Shown: piece by piece, positions 12,107 to 25,720 of the stretch
Numbering within the stretch: the first letter of the stretch is position 1
Layout of the letters: each line of letters starts with the position of its first letter
Assembly: GCF_006345805.1 (NCBI RefSeq)
Contig: NW_021832713.1
Location: forward strand, 1 to 64,000
Source of the DNA: Octopus sinensis
Lineage: Eukaryota
Length of the DNA: 64,000 bases
Reading direction: 5' to 3'
Notes under the pieces: model-generated
Databases searched by the model: none
Seen by the model: the letters and a program-made list of their open reading frames with translations, nothing else
What the model was told of the DNA's origin: nothing
Made by a program: the position numbers and the translations under genes

Positions 12107-13345
12107 GTGGTAGTAGTGACAGGTACAGGTAATATATTACAGCGCTGGTGGTAGTAGAAGTAGTAGTAGTAATAGTAGTGGTAGTGGTAGTGGATGTAGT
12201 TATATATATATACACGATGGAGTAGAGATGGTCGCGGATGTAACCGCCGTCGTTTGGCCTCCCAGGTCCATCCGGATTGAGCAGACCAACCACTGTAAGG
12301 TGTTCCATCCATCCATCCGTGGCCATCCCGTTTTCTTGTTATATACACAAGAAGACTCGGAGGATCACATTCGCCAATGTGTATTCTTTTCCAAAACGCT
12401 GGCGGTGTCCATTTGAGAGGCATTTTAGCTGCTGTTTTTAGCATTTTCGAGCGGCTGCGTTTGTTTACAGGTGATATATATTTTATACAGTGATGCTTTT
12501 TGACAGAAAGCTGCTGAGGTTGATGATGGTGATGATGATGATGATTATGATTATGATGATGATGATTATGATGCTGGCGATGCAGGTGGTGGATGTCGAT
12601 GTGGTGGTCGTGGTGGCGGTGGTGGTAGTTGTTGTTTTATCATTGTTGGCGACAGTTCTGTATGGTCATGGTTGCGATGGTGATAATGGTGATGGTGGCT
12701 GCGGCGGCGGCGGCGGCGGCGGTGGTGGTGGTAGTAGTGACAGGTACAGGTAATATATTACAGCGCTGGTGGTAGTAGAAGTAGTAGTAGTGGTAGTAGT
12801 GGTAGTGGTAGTGGATGTAGTTATATATATATATACACGATGGAGTAGAGATGGTCGCGGATGTAACCGCTGTCGTTTGGCCTCCCAGGTCCATCCGGAT
12901 TGAGCAGACCAACCACTGTAAGGTGTTCCATCCATCCGTGGCCATCCCGTTTTCTTGTTATATACACAAGAAGCCTCGGAGGATCACATTCGCCAATGTG
13001 TATTCTTTCCCAAAACGCTGGCGGTGTCCATTTGAGAGGCATTTTAGCTGCTGTTTTTAGCATTTTCGAGCGGCTGCGTTTGTTTACAGGTGATATATAT
13101 TTTATACAGTGATGCTTTTTGACAGAAAGCTGCTGAGGTTGATGATGGTGATGATGATGATGATGATGATGATGATTATGATGATGATGATGATGCTGGC
13201 GATGCAGGTGGTGGATGTCGATGTGGTGGTCGTGGTGGCGGTGGTGGTAGTTGTTGTTTTATCATTGTTGGCGACAGTTATGTATGGTCATGGTTGCGAT
13301 GGTGATAATGGTGATGGCGGCTGCGCGGCGGCGGCGGCGGTGGTG
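12107..13345. repeat. Tandem duplication, 2 units, period about 621 bp
   Basis: gtgacaggtacagg at 12116 and 12737; the approximately 300-bp unique core is nearly identical and the microsatellite lengths differ. Confidence 0.95.
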
Positions 13346-13426
13346 GTGGTGGTGGTGGTGGTGGTGGTGGTGGTGGTGGTGGTGGTGGTGGTGATGAAGG
13401 TAAAATAGTTGTGTTGATGGATTTGT

Positions 13427-13480
<54 letters not shown>

Positions 13481-13830
13481 CGATGGTGGTGGTGGTAGTG
13501 GTGGTGGGGGTGCGGCTGGTGATGACGATTGTAAATGATATTGTTTATAATCGCAGTGGTGGCCACGACGGAGGTTGATGGTAACAAAGTAGTGGTGATG
13601 TATGGCGATGGTAGTAATGATTAATTATGATGGTGGTGATGATTGCGGTGGTGATTGATGATGGTAGTGGTGGTGGTGGTGGTGGTGGTGGTGGTGGTGG
13701 TGGTATAGTGGTGGTAGTGGTGGTGGTGGTGGCGGCGATGCCTCTGCTGCTGGTAGTGATGAATGTGGAAATTGTGGTGGCTATGCCAATGGTGATGATG
13801 TTTATTATTATTATTATTATGATGATGATG

Positions 13831-13862
<32 letters not shown>

Positions 13863-14125
13863 GATGATGACGGCGATGATGATGAAGATCGTGGCTACGG
13901 TGTTGGTGGCGTGGTAGGAGCGGCACTACAGAAATATGGAGAACACTTTAGATAGAAGAGGAGTGAACGAGCGAAGAAGTGTACGTTTCAAAGACAGTGC
14001 TAACAGAAATGATAGTTGTTGCGGAGGTAGCAGCGACGTGGTTGTTGCCGTTGTTGTTGTTGTTGTTGTTGTTGTTGCTATTAGTGGTATTGCTGGTGGT
14101 GGTGGTGGTGGTGGTTGTGGTTGTG

Positions 14126-14329
14126 GTGATAACTGAATCAGGTTGTTGAAAGAAACGGTTTTGGTAGCTGTACTGTAAGCAGTGGTGCTTCAATATGATG
14201 GTGGTGGTTGCAGTGGTGATTTGGTGGTGGTGGTGGTGGTGGTAGTAGTAGTAGTAATGGTGGTGGTGGAGGTTGTGGCTGTGGTGGTGGTAATATTAGT
14301 AGTAGTGGTGGTGGTAGTGGTGGTGATGA

Positions 14330-14365
<36 letters not shown>

Positions 14366-15435
14366 TGGTGGTGGTGGTAGTGGTGGTGGTGGTGGTGGTG
14401 GTGGTGGTGGTGGTGGTGGTGGTGTGGTGGTGGTGGTGGTGGTGGTTCCGTTGATGAATTTCTCGAGGGTGGCACACGGTGCTGATGGTATTTAAAATTT
14501 TTGCAGTTATAGTATCGGCGGTAGTGGCAGTGGTGAAGATGATGATAAATGATGACGATGATGATGATGATGATATCGACGGTATAATGCTTGCATGGCG
14601 ATGGTTAAGGCGATGGTGAGTCGAACAAAATTACAGCGAAGGTGCAGCACCGGTAAATACCACAGAAGAAATGATCAGGAGTGGGGGTGGTGGCAGTGGT
14701 AGCAGTGGTAGCAATGGTGGTGGTGGCAGTGGTAGCAGTGGTGGTGGTGGTGGTGGTTGTGTTGGTGACTATGACGGAGGTGCATGTTGTTTTTATTGTT
14801 ATTGTGGTAGTTGTTGTTGTTGTTCTTGTGGTAATGGTGGTGGTGGTGGTAGTGGTGGTGGTGGCAGCGATGGTGATGGTTAAATTATGATTGTGGTGAT
14901 GATGGAAACGGCAGTGTTTGATACTGGGATGGTGGTAGCGTGAGTGGCGGCGGCGGCGGTGGTGGTGGTGGTGGTGGTGGTGGTGGTGGAAGTGGCGTAA
15001 TACGGATGACGATGATGATGATGATGATGACGACGACGACGACGACGATGATAATGATGATGATGATGTTGAAGATGATGACGATGCTGGAGATTTTAGT
15101 GGTGGTGGTGGTGGTGTTGGCGGAGCAGGTGTTGGTGATGATGGTGGCGGTGAATATAATGTTGCAAGAATGGTGACGTTACTAGAGACAATGACTGTGG
15201 TGGCGGTGGTGGTCGTGGTAGTGGTGGTGGTGTGATAACTGAGTCAGGTTGTTGAAAGAAACGGTTTTGGTAGCTGTACTGTAAGCAGTGGTGCTTCATA
15301 TGATGGTGGTGGTTGCAGTGTGTGATTTGGTGGTGGTGGTGGTGGTGGTAGTAGTAGTAGTAATGGTGGTGGTGGAGGTTGTGGCTGTGGTGGTGGTAAT
15401 ATTAGTAGTAGTGGTGGTGGTAGTGGTGGTGCTGA

Positions 15436-15471
<36 letters not shown>

Positions 15472-16327
15472 TGGTGGTGGTGGTTAGTGGTGGTGGTGGT
15501 GGTGGTGGTGGTGTGTGGTGGTGGTGGTGGTGTGGTGGTGGTGGTGGTGGTGGTTCCGTTGATGAATTTCTCGAGGGTGGCACACGGTGCTGATGGTATT
15601 TAAAATTTTTGCAGTTATAGTATCGGCGGTAGTGGCAGTGGTGAAGATGATGATAAATGATGATGATGATGATGACGATGATGATGATGATGATATCGAC
15701 GGTATAATGCTTGCATGGCGATGGTTAAGGCGATGGTGAGTCGAACAAAATTACAGCGAAGGTGCAGCACCGGTAAATACCACAGAAGAAATGATCAGGA
15801 GTGGGGGTGGTGGCAGTGGTAGCAGTGGTAGCAATGGTGGTGGTGGCAGTGGTAGCAATGGTGGTGGTGGCAGTGGTAGCAATGGTGGTGGTGGTGGTGG
15901 TTGTGTTGGTGACTATGACGGAGTTGTATGTTGTTTTTATTGTTATTGTGGTAATGGTGGTGGTGGTAGTGGTGGTGGTGGTGGTGGTGGCAGCGATGGT
16001 GATGGTTAAATTATGATTGTGGTGATGATGGAAACGGCAGTGTTTGATACAGGGATGGTGGTAGCGTGAGTGGCGGCGGCGGCGGCGGTGGTGGTGGTGG
16101 TGGTGGTGGTGGTGGAAGTGGCGTAATACGGATGACGATGATGATGATGATGATGACGACGACGACGACGACGATGATAATGATGATGATGATGTTGAAG
16201 ATGATGACGATGCTGGAGATTTTAGTGGTGGTGGTGATGATGGTGGCGGTGAATATAATGTTGCAAGGATGGTGACGTTACTAGAGACAATGACTGTGGT
16301 GGTGGTCGTGGTAGTGGTGGTAGTGTG
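14126..16327. repeat. Tandem duplication, 2 units, period about 1106 bp
   Basis: gtgataactga-tcaggttgttgaaagaaacgg at 14126 and 15232; unique spacers are collinear throughout. Confidence 0.95.
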
Positions 16328-16729
16328 AGAATAGATGGAGCAAAGAGGAAGTAGCAGTAGCGTCTCAGTACAGCTGTGATAGTGGCAGTGGTGGTGGTTG
16401 TAGTAGCGGCAGCAGTAGAGGTGTCAGAATTAGGGGCAGTGGTAGTGGTAGCGGTAGCGGTAGTGGCAGACGTAGTGGTAGTAGATGGCAGTTACTAGCT
16501 TAGGCACATGCACGCACACACACGTGCACACATGCCATCACACACACACACAGACACACACATACACACACACATACACACACACACACGCATACATACA
16601 TACACACGCATACACACACACACACACGCGCGCGCTCCTCGTGCACTTCGCATTAATATATAAACACTGACACATTTATAAATCGACTCACGCAATGGTA
16701 ACGAAAGTACACACAAGCACACACACACA

Positions 16730-16764
<35 letters not shown>

Positions 16765-18044
16765 CCCTCTTTTTCTCATCCTCTCTTTCTCTCTCCCTCT
16801 CTCTTTCTCATACACACACACGCACGCACACATTCATATCTTCCTGACTTCTTCTCTCCCTCTCTCTCTCTCTCACATATATATGAATATATATATGTGT
16901 GTGCGTATTTGTGTGTGTGAGTATGTATTATGTATATATATATATATATATATATATACATACACACACATATATATATATATACATATGTATACTTTAC
17001 ACATACACACACACATATATGGATATACTTATATATATATACACATGCACACACTCACACACTTACACACGTCATATACGTATATAAAGAGAACGCAAAT
17101 GGCGTATATATGTATACATACATACATGTATAGACGTATGTATATGTGTATTTACGTGCGTGTGTCTATTTGTGTGAGTGTCTATATGTGTGTGAATGTC
17201 TATGTGTGTGTGTGTTTGTGTGTGTGTGTGCGTGTATGCAAAGAGAGAGAGAGAGAGGGAGTGAGAGATAACATAAAACAGATCGATTGGGTCAGTATGA
17301 AAGAGAAATATGGCGATAATGATAGACACATAGCTGCAGCGAGTAAAAGCGAGGAATACATACAGACATAGGTAGAAACACACACACACACACACATGTG
17401 CAGGACAGCGAGGGGTGAGAGAGAGAGATAGAGAGTAAGAGAGAGTGAGAGAGCGTGAGTGAGTGAGGGTGAGGGAGAGATAGAGAGGTGGTGGAAGGTG
17501 GAGTTGGCAGACGACCAAACTGAAGTTATGTATTGATTATTACACCTTGTTCTTTGTTCAAACAACAGCACCGGCTTCCTGTGGTGCTGCTGGTGATACG
17601 GTGTTGGCTGTAGTGTTGTGGAGTACTGTTGTGATATGTAAAGGTAGTAGGAGCAGTAGTGGTTGTTGTTGTTGTTGTGTTGTTGTTGTTGTTGTGTTGT
17701 GGGTTGTTGTGGGGGAAATGGTGTTGTTAAAGTTTGTTGTTTTGGCGAGCAGTTGTGGTACGTATTAGCGGTATGGGCGGTTGTAGTGTGCTGTTGTAGT
17801 GTTGTGGTATTTATGAGTTGTAACGGAGGTAGTAGAAGCGTGGTGTAGTCTTGTGGTATGAATTAGTGGTGGCGGAGATAGTTGTTGAGTAATGTAATGT
17901 GCTATGCCCCAGTGGTATTTATGGTTGCTGTAATGCGGTATATGTTGTAGTATGTATCGGTGGTAGCAGAAGTAGTTCAACTTTGATGTAGTGTGTTATG
18001 CATTGGTTACGGTTATAGTTGTAGTAATATGTGTAAGGTTGTGG

Positions 18045-18665
18045 ATGTATGAGAGGTAGTGCAGGTGGTTGTTAAAGTGGTGAAGTGTTGTAGCATACAT
18101 TAGTAGTAGTTGTGGTTGTAGTAATAATGTATAGTGGTATGACATATATGGGAGGTAGTGCAGGTGGTTGTTAAAGTGGTGAAGTGTAGTAATATTGTAT
18201 AGTGGTATGACATGTATGGGAGGCAGTGGAGGTGGTTGCTAAAGTGTTGTAGCATGCATTAGTGGCAGTTGTGGTTGTAGTAATACTGTATAGTGGTATG
18301 ACATGCATGGGAGGTAATGCAGGTGGTTGTTAGAGTGGTGAAGTGTTGTAGCATGCATGAGTAACAGTTGTGGTTGTAGTAATACTGTATAGTGTTATGA
18401 CATGTATGGGAGGTAGTGCAGGTGGTTGCTAAAGTAGTTAAGTGTTGTAGCATGCATTAGTAGCAGTTGCGGTTGTAGTAATATTGTATAGTGGTATGAC
18501 ATGTATGGGAGGTAGTGCAGGTGGTTGTTAAAGTGGTGAAGTGTTGTAGCATGCATTAGTGGTAGTTGTGGTTGTAGTGTTGTGGCATGTATGCGAGGTA
18601 GTGGAGGTGGTTGTTAGAGTGGTTAAGTATTGTAGCATGCACTAGTAGCAGTTGTGGTTGTAGTG
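18045..18665. repeat. 99-bp minisatellite, about 6-7 units, some internally deleted
   Basis: gggaggta(g/a)tgcagg starts at 18309, 18408 and 18507. Confidence 0.92.
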
Positions 18666-19001
18666 CGGCGTGGTGTAAGCCTCTTACCATGTGATGGTAG
18701 AGGCTGTTGTAGTGTTGAGCTTAACACGGCCAAGTTGAAGGATTGCTTTATAAAAATAGTGACGGTAATGACGTTGGCTGTGAATGTTGTTATAGTGATT
18801 GTTTCCATGTCAGGCCAGGACCAATTCCATCACTAGCTGTTGGAAACCTGCAAGTGTTCACTGCCTAATTCAGTACCATCTGTTCGTGATTGAGTAATTG
18901 GCGATTAAGCCATCTCGTGCTGGCTTTGACCACTGAGGACAGCGTTTGGGTGGCAACAGAAACAGTTGAATGAAAGTTACACCAATACTTGATTCCATAA
19001 A

Positions 19002-19373
19002 TCTCTCTCTATATATAAAGCTGAAGTTGTCTGTGTATAGCAGGTTTTGTAGCCTTCAACTAACACTATCTCCTCCGAGACCTTGCGGTGCAAGTTGACC
19101 AAAATTGAGAGTATACTAGAAGAAGGCTTGCTCTTCCTTCCGTAGAAGAAAAAAATTCAAATCGGACCATGTTAACACGAAAAATTATTTACATAAAAAA
19201 GCTGCCTATTTTTTACGATTTTTTGACTGCTGTGTCGCTATTTTTCGGTGTATTTCAACCAGAAAAATGTTCACTTAAAGAGAATAACAAGTTACATAAT
19301 GCAAATTTTTTTCTTTTCAAAAATTCCAATTCTAAAGAAAACAAGCCCTAGCAACGCTGGGGTCTACTGCTAG
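19002..19373 (+). mobile_element. Non-autonomous Helitron
   Basis: A|TC...tatatataaag 5' end; 3' hairpin ccctagcaacgctgggg followed by CTAG|T; no TSD. Confidence 0.85.
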
Positions 19374-20023
19374 TGAGTGATAAATGGTTAACGACAACCA
19401 ATGACCAAAATACCAAAAGTTAAAAAGAAAATTATATAAAACGAATTATATAAAAAAAAAACAGCTGCTCCAACGTCATAAAAACTTGGGGAAATAGATG
19501 GTGGAATAAGTGATAATTATTTAGCGCAAGGTGAGTTCTTGTTCGAGGAGAATTGAACTCGCTATTTTTTTTTATTTGTCTACGGCCACAGAGTATATAC
19601 GACTAAATGTTTATCATGCCAAGGTGTGATTTCAGTAAGATGTGGTATGCATATTAATAGCACCGTTGATGTTTTATTGAATTTAAGCTGAACCACGTGC
19701 AGAATTCAACACTTGTTAAGACGGCGATATTAACCTGGTTTTGTTTTTTCTATTCCTGACATCAATGAAAGTCGCTTGGATACGCTTAAAATTTAATATA
19801 CTACCATTGATTCTTTATAATTAACTTTTGTTGTTAACTCGTTATTGTTAACTTCCCCTGCATTCAAGCCTTGAAGTAGTTTTTGTAGAGATTATCGAAA
19901 GGTTGGTGCCTGTGACAAAAATGCTTCTGATGAATGTTACTATTGTTAACATGCACTTGTATATTGTAGAATAACGTACAGACGAGATCGTATGACCGCA
20001 TAAGGAGAAACAGTCTGTTAGTA

Positions 20024-20521
20024 CCGTAAATCCTCGAGTATAATCCGCATTTTCCCCTCAAAATTTAAAGGTCGAAATCCCTAGTGCGTACTACATACGA
20101 GGTTAAAAATGAAAAATATTTTCTAAGCAATGTCCGAGTCTCTATTTGCTGTCCGGCAATGTTTATTCAGACGCATTTTGTGATGTCGGGTGTGAAAATA
20201 CCTTCAGCTAAGCCTGAAAGCAATGAAGTCATAAAAGAATCATCCATAACTTGCAGTAAGCAACATTTATTAAAATAAAATTATTCAGAACACAGAAAAA
20301 CATGTAACAAAAATAATTAGCAAACATATTTACATTCCCATTATTGTATTACGCATGCGCTGAAGTGTTTGTTCAACTAGGAGCAGCTGGTTTAATTACG
20401 CACGACTCAAGTTAGAGAAGTCGTGCGTATTATACACAAAGCTTAGGTTTTCCAGAGGTACAGCCCCCTAAAAAACCCTGCGCATTATACTCAAGGGCGG
20501 ACTATACTCGAGGGTTTACGG
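20024..20521. mobile_element. pogo/Tigger-like MITE
   Basis: TIRs ccgtaaatcctcgagtataatccgc / gcggactatactcgagggtttacgg, TA on both sides, subterminal tgcgtattatac repeats. Confidence 0.85.
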
Positions 20522-20954
20522 TATATGAATGCCCTATCTCAATCTCGGCGCCAAGTCGCCACTGAATCTAGATGCATATCACCAACCACCTTTTTAACAA
20601 TATTTTTCTGAACTGCAAGAAACTTATTACAGGAGATCAGCTCAACACGAAGCCTTAATACCACTGCTATTTACTTCGCCGGCCATCGTGGAACAAAATA
20701 ACAAAATCAAATTTAATTTATTGTTTTCAGGGTAGAGAAATTGAGTTACGTTCTAGCATATGATGATGGCTGCAATAGCAATGAAGATACCAATCGTTTG
20801 GCATGGTCGCTGGAACGTCACAAAAGATAACTGCAATATTTATAACTGACCTTAATATTTTGAGTTCAATTCTTGTAGAGATCAACTATATTTTTCGCCC
20901 TTATTTTTACATTGGAGAAATATATATCAAACACTAGGCTCAATTAATATTCTT

Positions 20955-21621
20955 ATAATGAAGACGAAATAGAGAAAAGTTGTACCGAAGAGTATTTCCA
21001 AACACTTAGACTGGTGCTGCAGTCAAAACTGAATAGAAAAAAATGTTTCAAGCAGTCAATACTTGGGTAATAGCATTTTTGAAGGATGGTGCAGCTACTA
21101 TCAATAGAAGAAAAGAGGAGTTGGAGAGGCTAGGTCGAAAATCGAGAAGACTCTCAATGTACGTAGCATTCCACCCCAGAAGCTATATTGACAGGCTATC
21201 TCTAACCAGGCGTGTGGAGGCGCAATGGCCCAGTGGTTAGGGCAGCGGACTCGCGGTCATAGGACCGCGGTTTCGATTCCCAGACCGGGCGTTGTGAGTG
21301 TTTATTGAGCGAAAATACCTAAAGCTCCACGAGGCTCCAGCAGGGGATGGTGGTGATCCCGGCTGTACTCTTTCACCACAACTTTCTCTCACTCTTACTT
21401 CCTGTTTCTGTTGTACCTGTATTTCAAAGGGCCGGCCTTGTCACTCTCTGTGTCACGCTGAATATCCCCGAGAACTACGTTAAGGGTGCACGTGTCTGTG
21501 GAGTGCTCAGCCACTTACACGTTAATTTCACGAGCAGCTGTTCCGTTGATTCGGATCAACCGGAACCCTCGTCGTCGTAACCGACGGAGTGCTTCCATCC
21601 ATATATATATATATATTATAT

Positions 21622-21678
<57 letters not shown>

Positions 21679-22045
21679 TAATATATATGCATATATTATT
21701 TTAAGGCGTAATGGTTGGTGAAGGTTAATCAGCTGTGGAAGTTGTATATTCACAGAAGACATGGTGGTATATTACGGGTGCCATAGAATCCTTGCTGGAT
21801 CAGGTGAGAATATCTGATATACCTGGGACGGATTCTTGCTTCGAGTACAAAGAGACGGAAAAAGAGTATGGAATGGAAGAATGATGAACTGGCAGTTTGC
21901 GAAGGAAGTGAACAGGAACAGAGGCACACATGGAAGGTGCCACTGGCTCAGAAAGAGTGACTCGAAGCCAGAAACAGAAATGCTAATCTTTGCTGCGCAT
22001 GAACAAGTTGTGTGCACTCGGTGCAACACCCAGAATAATATCTAA
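20955..22045 (+). mobile_element. Dong/R4-clade non-LTR retrotransposon fragments interrupted by a SINE
   Basis: Translations LQSKLN..FQAVNTWV..KEELERLGRKSRR..FHPRSYIDRL and WLRKSDSKPETEMLIFAAHEQ match R4-clade thumb/C-terminal motifs. Confidence 0.8.
21214..21600 (+). mobile_element. SINE family C (tRNA-derived, resembles octopus OR-type), TTCCA tail
   Basis: A box tggcccagtgg, B box ggtttcgattccc; near-identical to 44641-45031. Confidence 0.9.
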
Positions 22046-22215
22046 GAAGATATTGGAATTGTGACATATATTGGCAAAAGTGCCATCATGTATTCTACAA
22101 GTATCCAAAGATAGATTCCTTAGCTTTGATCTCCGAAGGATTGTGTATCTGAATTCCTCGTCATATTCGTTATCGTCTACATTATTGCTCTGAGGAGAGG
22201 CACCATTCTCGTTGT

Positions 22216-22626
22216 TATTTCTTTACTGCCCACAGCAGCTACACACAGAAGAGACAAGCAAGGACAAAGGTATTAAGTCGATTATATCGACCCCAGTGCG
22301 TAACTGGTACTTATTTAATCGACCCCGAAAGGATGAAAGGCAAAGTCGGCCTCGGCGGAATTTGAACTCAGAACGTAGCAGCAGACGAAATACCTATTTC
22401 TTTATTGCCAACAAGGGGCTAAACATAGAGGGGACAAACAAGGACAGACAAACGGATTAAGTCGATTATATCGACCCCAGTGCGTAACTGGTACTTATTT
22501 ATCGACCCCGAAAGGATGAAAGGCAAAGTCGACCTCGGCGGAATTTGAACTCAGAACGTAACGGCAGACGAAATACCGCTAAGCATTTCAACTGGTGTGC
22601 TAACGTTTCTGCCATCTCGCCGCCTT
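22216..22626 (-). mobile_element. SINE family B dimer within a 16-bp TSD
   Basis: gcaccattctcgttgt at 22200-22215 and 22627-22642; internal junction at 22394/22395. Confidence 0.92.
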
Positions 22627-23825
22627 GCACCATTCTCGTTGTGGCAAAGATGTTCCACGTTATCCTTTTTGCTACATTGCTATCTTTTGCGAGATATTTT
22701 TGTCTTCTTTTAAGCTCGTTACGACTGTTGTAGACTTTCCTCGGCAATTATCTACTTCTCTTGACCGGAATACAACGGAATGAAGCTGTAATTTTCTTAC
22801 GCAATGGGAGTGAGATTTAAAGCTATTGAATTTGTGGACATATCTCATCTTTCATCTCTGTCTCTCTCACTGCCCCAACAATAACGATAATTATTAGCTG
22901 TATATTCTGTTACAAATGTATATATATGAATGTAATACATAAAACATATACACAGTTTGAACATAATTTGTCATGAAGCTATTATCTTGATATGATATAA
23001 AATATTACTGCAAATGTAATATCCAACAATACATTAGGCCTTCCGTGCTGAATAAGGTAAATGATACGAAACACAAAGATATATTACACAGGGACAATTG
23101 TATCCTTAGAGATCATTTGTTGATCTTTCTATATAAAACCTCCATGAAGCTCACATACATATACACTTCGCCCGACATGGCGATACTCATGCATCCAGAG
23201 GCACACACAGACAAAGTACAGTTGAACATCAATATGTTTTGTAACTTAGCTTTCAAGTGGATGACGATAATGATAGAACATGAATACATTTGGCAATAAT
23301 TACTTTTGAACATGCAATATATATGAATATGAACTGATTATAAAAATCACATTTGGATCAATTAAATCATATTCTTTATGGTGGCTTTATATAATTCTTA
23401 TCGTATATTCATTACCAAATTTTCCTCATCAGCTTTCTACTTTTACTATACACACATTTAAAATTCAATATCTAAACTGTGGTGATTGAAATTCGTTCCT
23501 TAATTAGAAAACAACATCATCTTTATAGAATTGATGAAAGGAATGACGGAGAAACAAAAGGGGGGAGAAACGTGAACGCATTGATACGTTTTTAAATACA
23601 TTCTATAAGATTATGGAACATATCACACACCTGATCAGCAGCTACTTCCAGTATATCCGCAAGGTACTACTTTACTGCGCGACTAAACAGTTTAATATCC
23701 TACCGATGGTGATACAAAACGCACAGCAGATTCAGCATGTAGTCACATGCTTGAAAATAAGGGGGAACTGATACAGAATATTGGTAAAAATAGAAATCCA
23801 GCCTCAACCCAAGAGACTAGTTCTT

Positions 23826-24463
23826 ATTTCTTTATTGTCCACAAGGGGCTACACACAGAGAGGACAAACAAGGACAGACAAACAGATTAAGTTGATTATA
23901 TCGACCTCAGTGCGTAACTGGTACTTATTTAATCGACTCCGAAAGGATGAAAGGCAAAATCGACCTCGGCGGATTTTGAACTCAGAACGTAGCGGCAGAC
24001 GAAATACCTATTTCTATTTCTTTATTACCCACAAGGGGCTAAACACAGAGGGGACAAACAAGGACATACATAGGTATTAAGTCGATTACATCGACCCCAG
24101 TGCGTAACTGGTACTTAATTTATCGACCCCGAAAGGATGAAAGGCAAAGTCGACCTCGGCGGAATTTGAACTCACAACGTAACGCAGACGAAATACCGCT
24201 AAGCATTTCACCCGGCGTGCTAACGTTTCTTATTTCTTTATTGCCCACAAGGGGCTAAACATAGAGGGGACAAAGAAGGACAGACAGACGGATTATGTCG
24301 ATTATATCGACCCCAGTGCGTAACTGGTACTTATTTAATCGACCCTGAAAGGATGAAAGGCAAAGTCGACCTCGGCCGAATTTGAACTCAGAACGTAGCA
24401 GCAGACGAAATATCGCTGAGTATTTCACCCGGCGTGCTAACGGTTCTGCCAGCTCACCGCCTT
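23826..24463 (-). mobile_element. SINE family B trimer within one TSD
   Basis: agactagttct flanks both sides; junctions at 24008/24009 and about 24229/24230. Confidence 0.9.
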
Positions 24464-24648
24464 CCAAAAGACTAGTTCTATTCACAGATTCCTCTTCTTT
24501 CAGAAAAATAAGAAAAGCCAAGCAGTGTTTTTTAGAATTCAGTTGTCCAGCAGTTATAAGTTTCTCATTTAAAACTTGTGGATCACGTATATTGGGGGGA
24601 GGGGAATGCAAAACTAATAACACTAGTACTATTATCCTGGACACACAG

Positions 24649-24698
<50 letters not shown>

Positions 24699-25185
24699 TC
24701 TCCATTATCGCATGTTCACAGGCCCATGTAATAACAGATTTACGTAACAGCCTGGAAATGTTACATGTTTCCAATAATCGACACAGCAAAACGACCAGAA
24801 TTCTTTAAATCCAAATGTAGAGAAGATTTACAAGATATGTCAGATTCGTTGTATCAGTTTCCCTGAATGAACATATACACACCATCAAGTGTGTCTATAC
24901 CGGACACACATACACACATGTGTTCTGGTTAAATGAATGCTGATATTTCCAGAGGCAAATATATGCCTACGTTAGTACATATTCACATATTATCGAGTTT
25001 CTGGATTAATCTTGTCTCACAAAAACAAATATAAATAAAAACAGAAAAAAATATCGAAATAAACAAAAATATAAAAGCCTTGACACTTTGTAGCAACTGG
25101 TTTGAATTCTACAATCAATTCAGATTCCAATTTAAGCATACACGTTGCACCAAGTCATATTTTAAGGGATATGGTTTTCCTATCT

Positions 25186-25348
25186 GCTCGGAGTGGCTGT
25201 GTGGTAAGTAGCTTGGTTACCAGCCACATGGTTCCGATTTTAGTCCCTCTGCGTGGCACCTTGGGCAAGTGTCTTCTACTATAGCCTCGGGCCGACCAAA
25301 GCCTTGTGAGTGGATTCGGTAGACGGAACCTGTGAGAAGCCCGTCGTA

Positions 25349-25404
<56 letters not shown>

Positions 25405-25657
25405 GTGTCTGTGTGTGTGTGTGCGCGCGTGTGTGTGTGTGGATGTGTGTGTGTGTGTGTATGTTTGTGTGTCTGTGTTTGACCCCCCAACATCGCTTGA
25501 CAACCGATGTTTACGTCTCCGTAAATTAGCAGTTCGGCAAAAGAGACGGATAGAATAAATACTAGACTTACAAAGAATAAGTCCTGGGGGTCGATTTATC
25601 CGACTGAAGGTGGTGCTCCAGCATGGCCACAGTCAAATGACTGAAACGAGTAAAAGA

Positions 25658-25660
<3 letters not shown>
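25186..25660 (+). mobile_element. SINE family A
   Basis: Head, core, internal microsatellite and tail present. Confidence 0.9.

Positions 25661-25720
<60 letters not shown>

Noticed and set aside
12200-12500. microRNA precursor
   Set aside because: No long hairpin and no match to conserved miRNAs I recognise
18045-18665. CRISPR-like array
   Set aside because: No unique spacers, eukaryotic context, no cas genes
21214-21290. tRNA genes at SINE heads
   Set aside because: They continue into repeated SINE bodies and lack a proper acceptor stem
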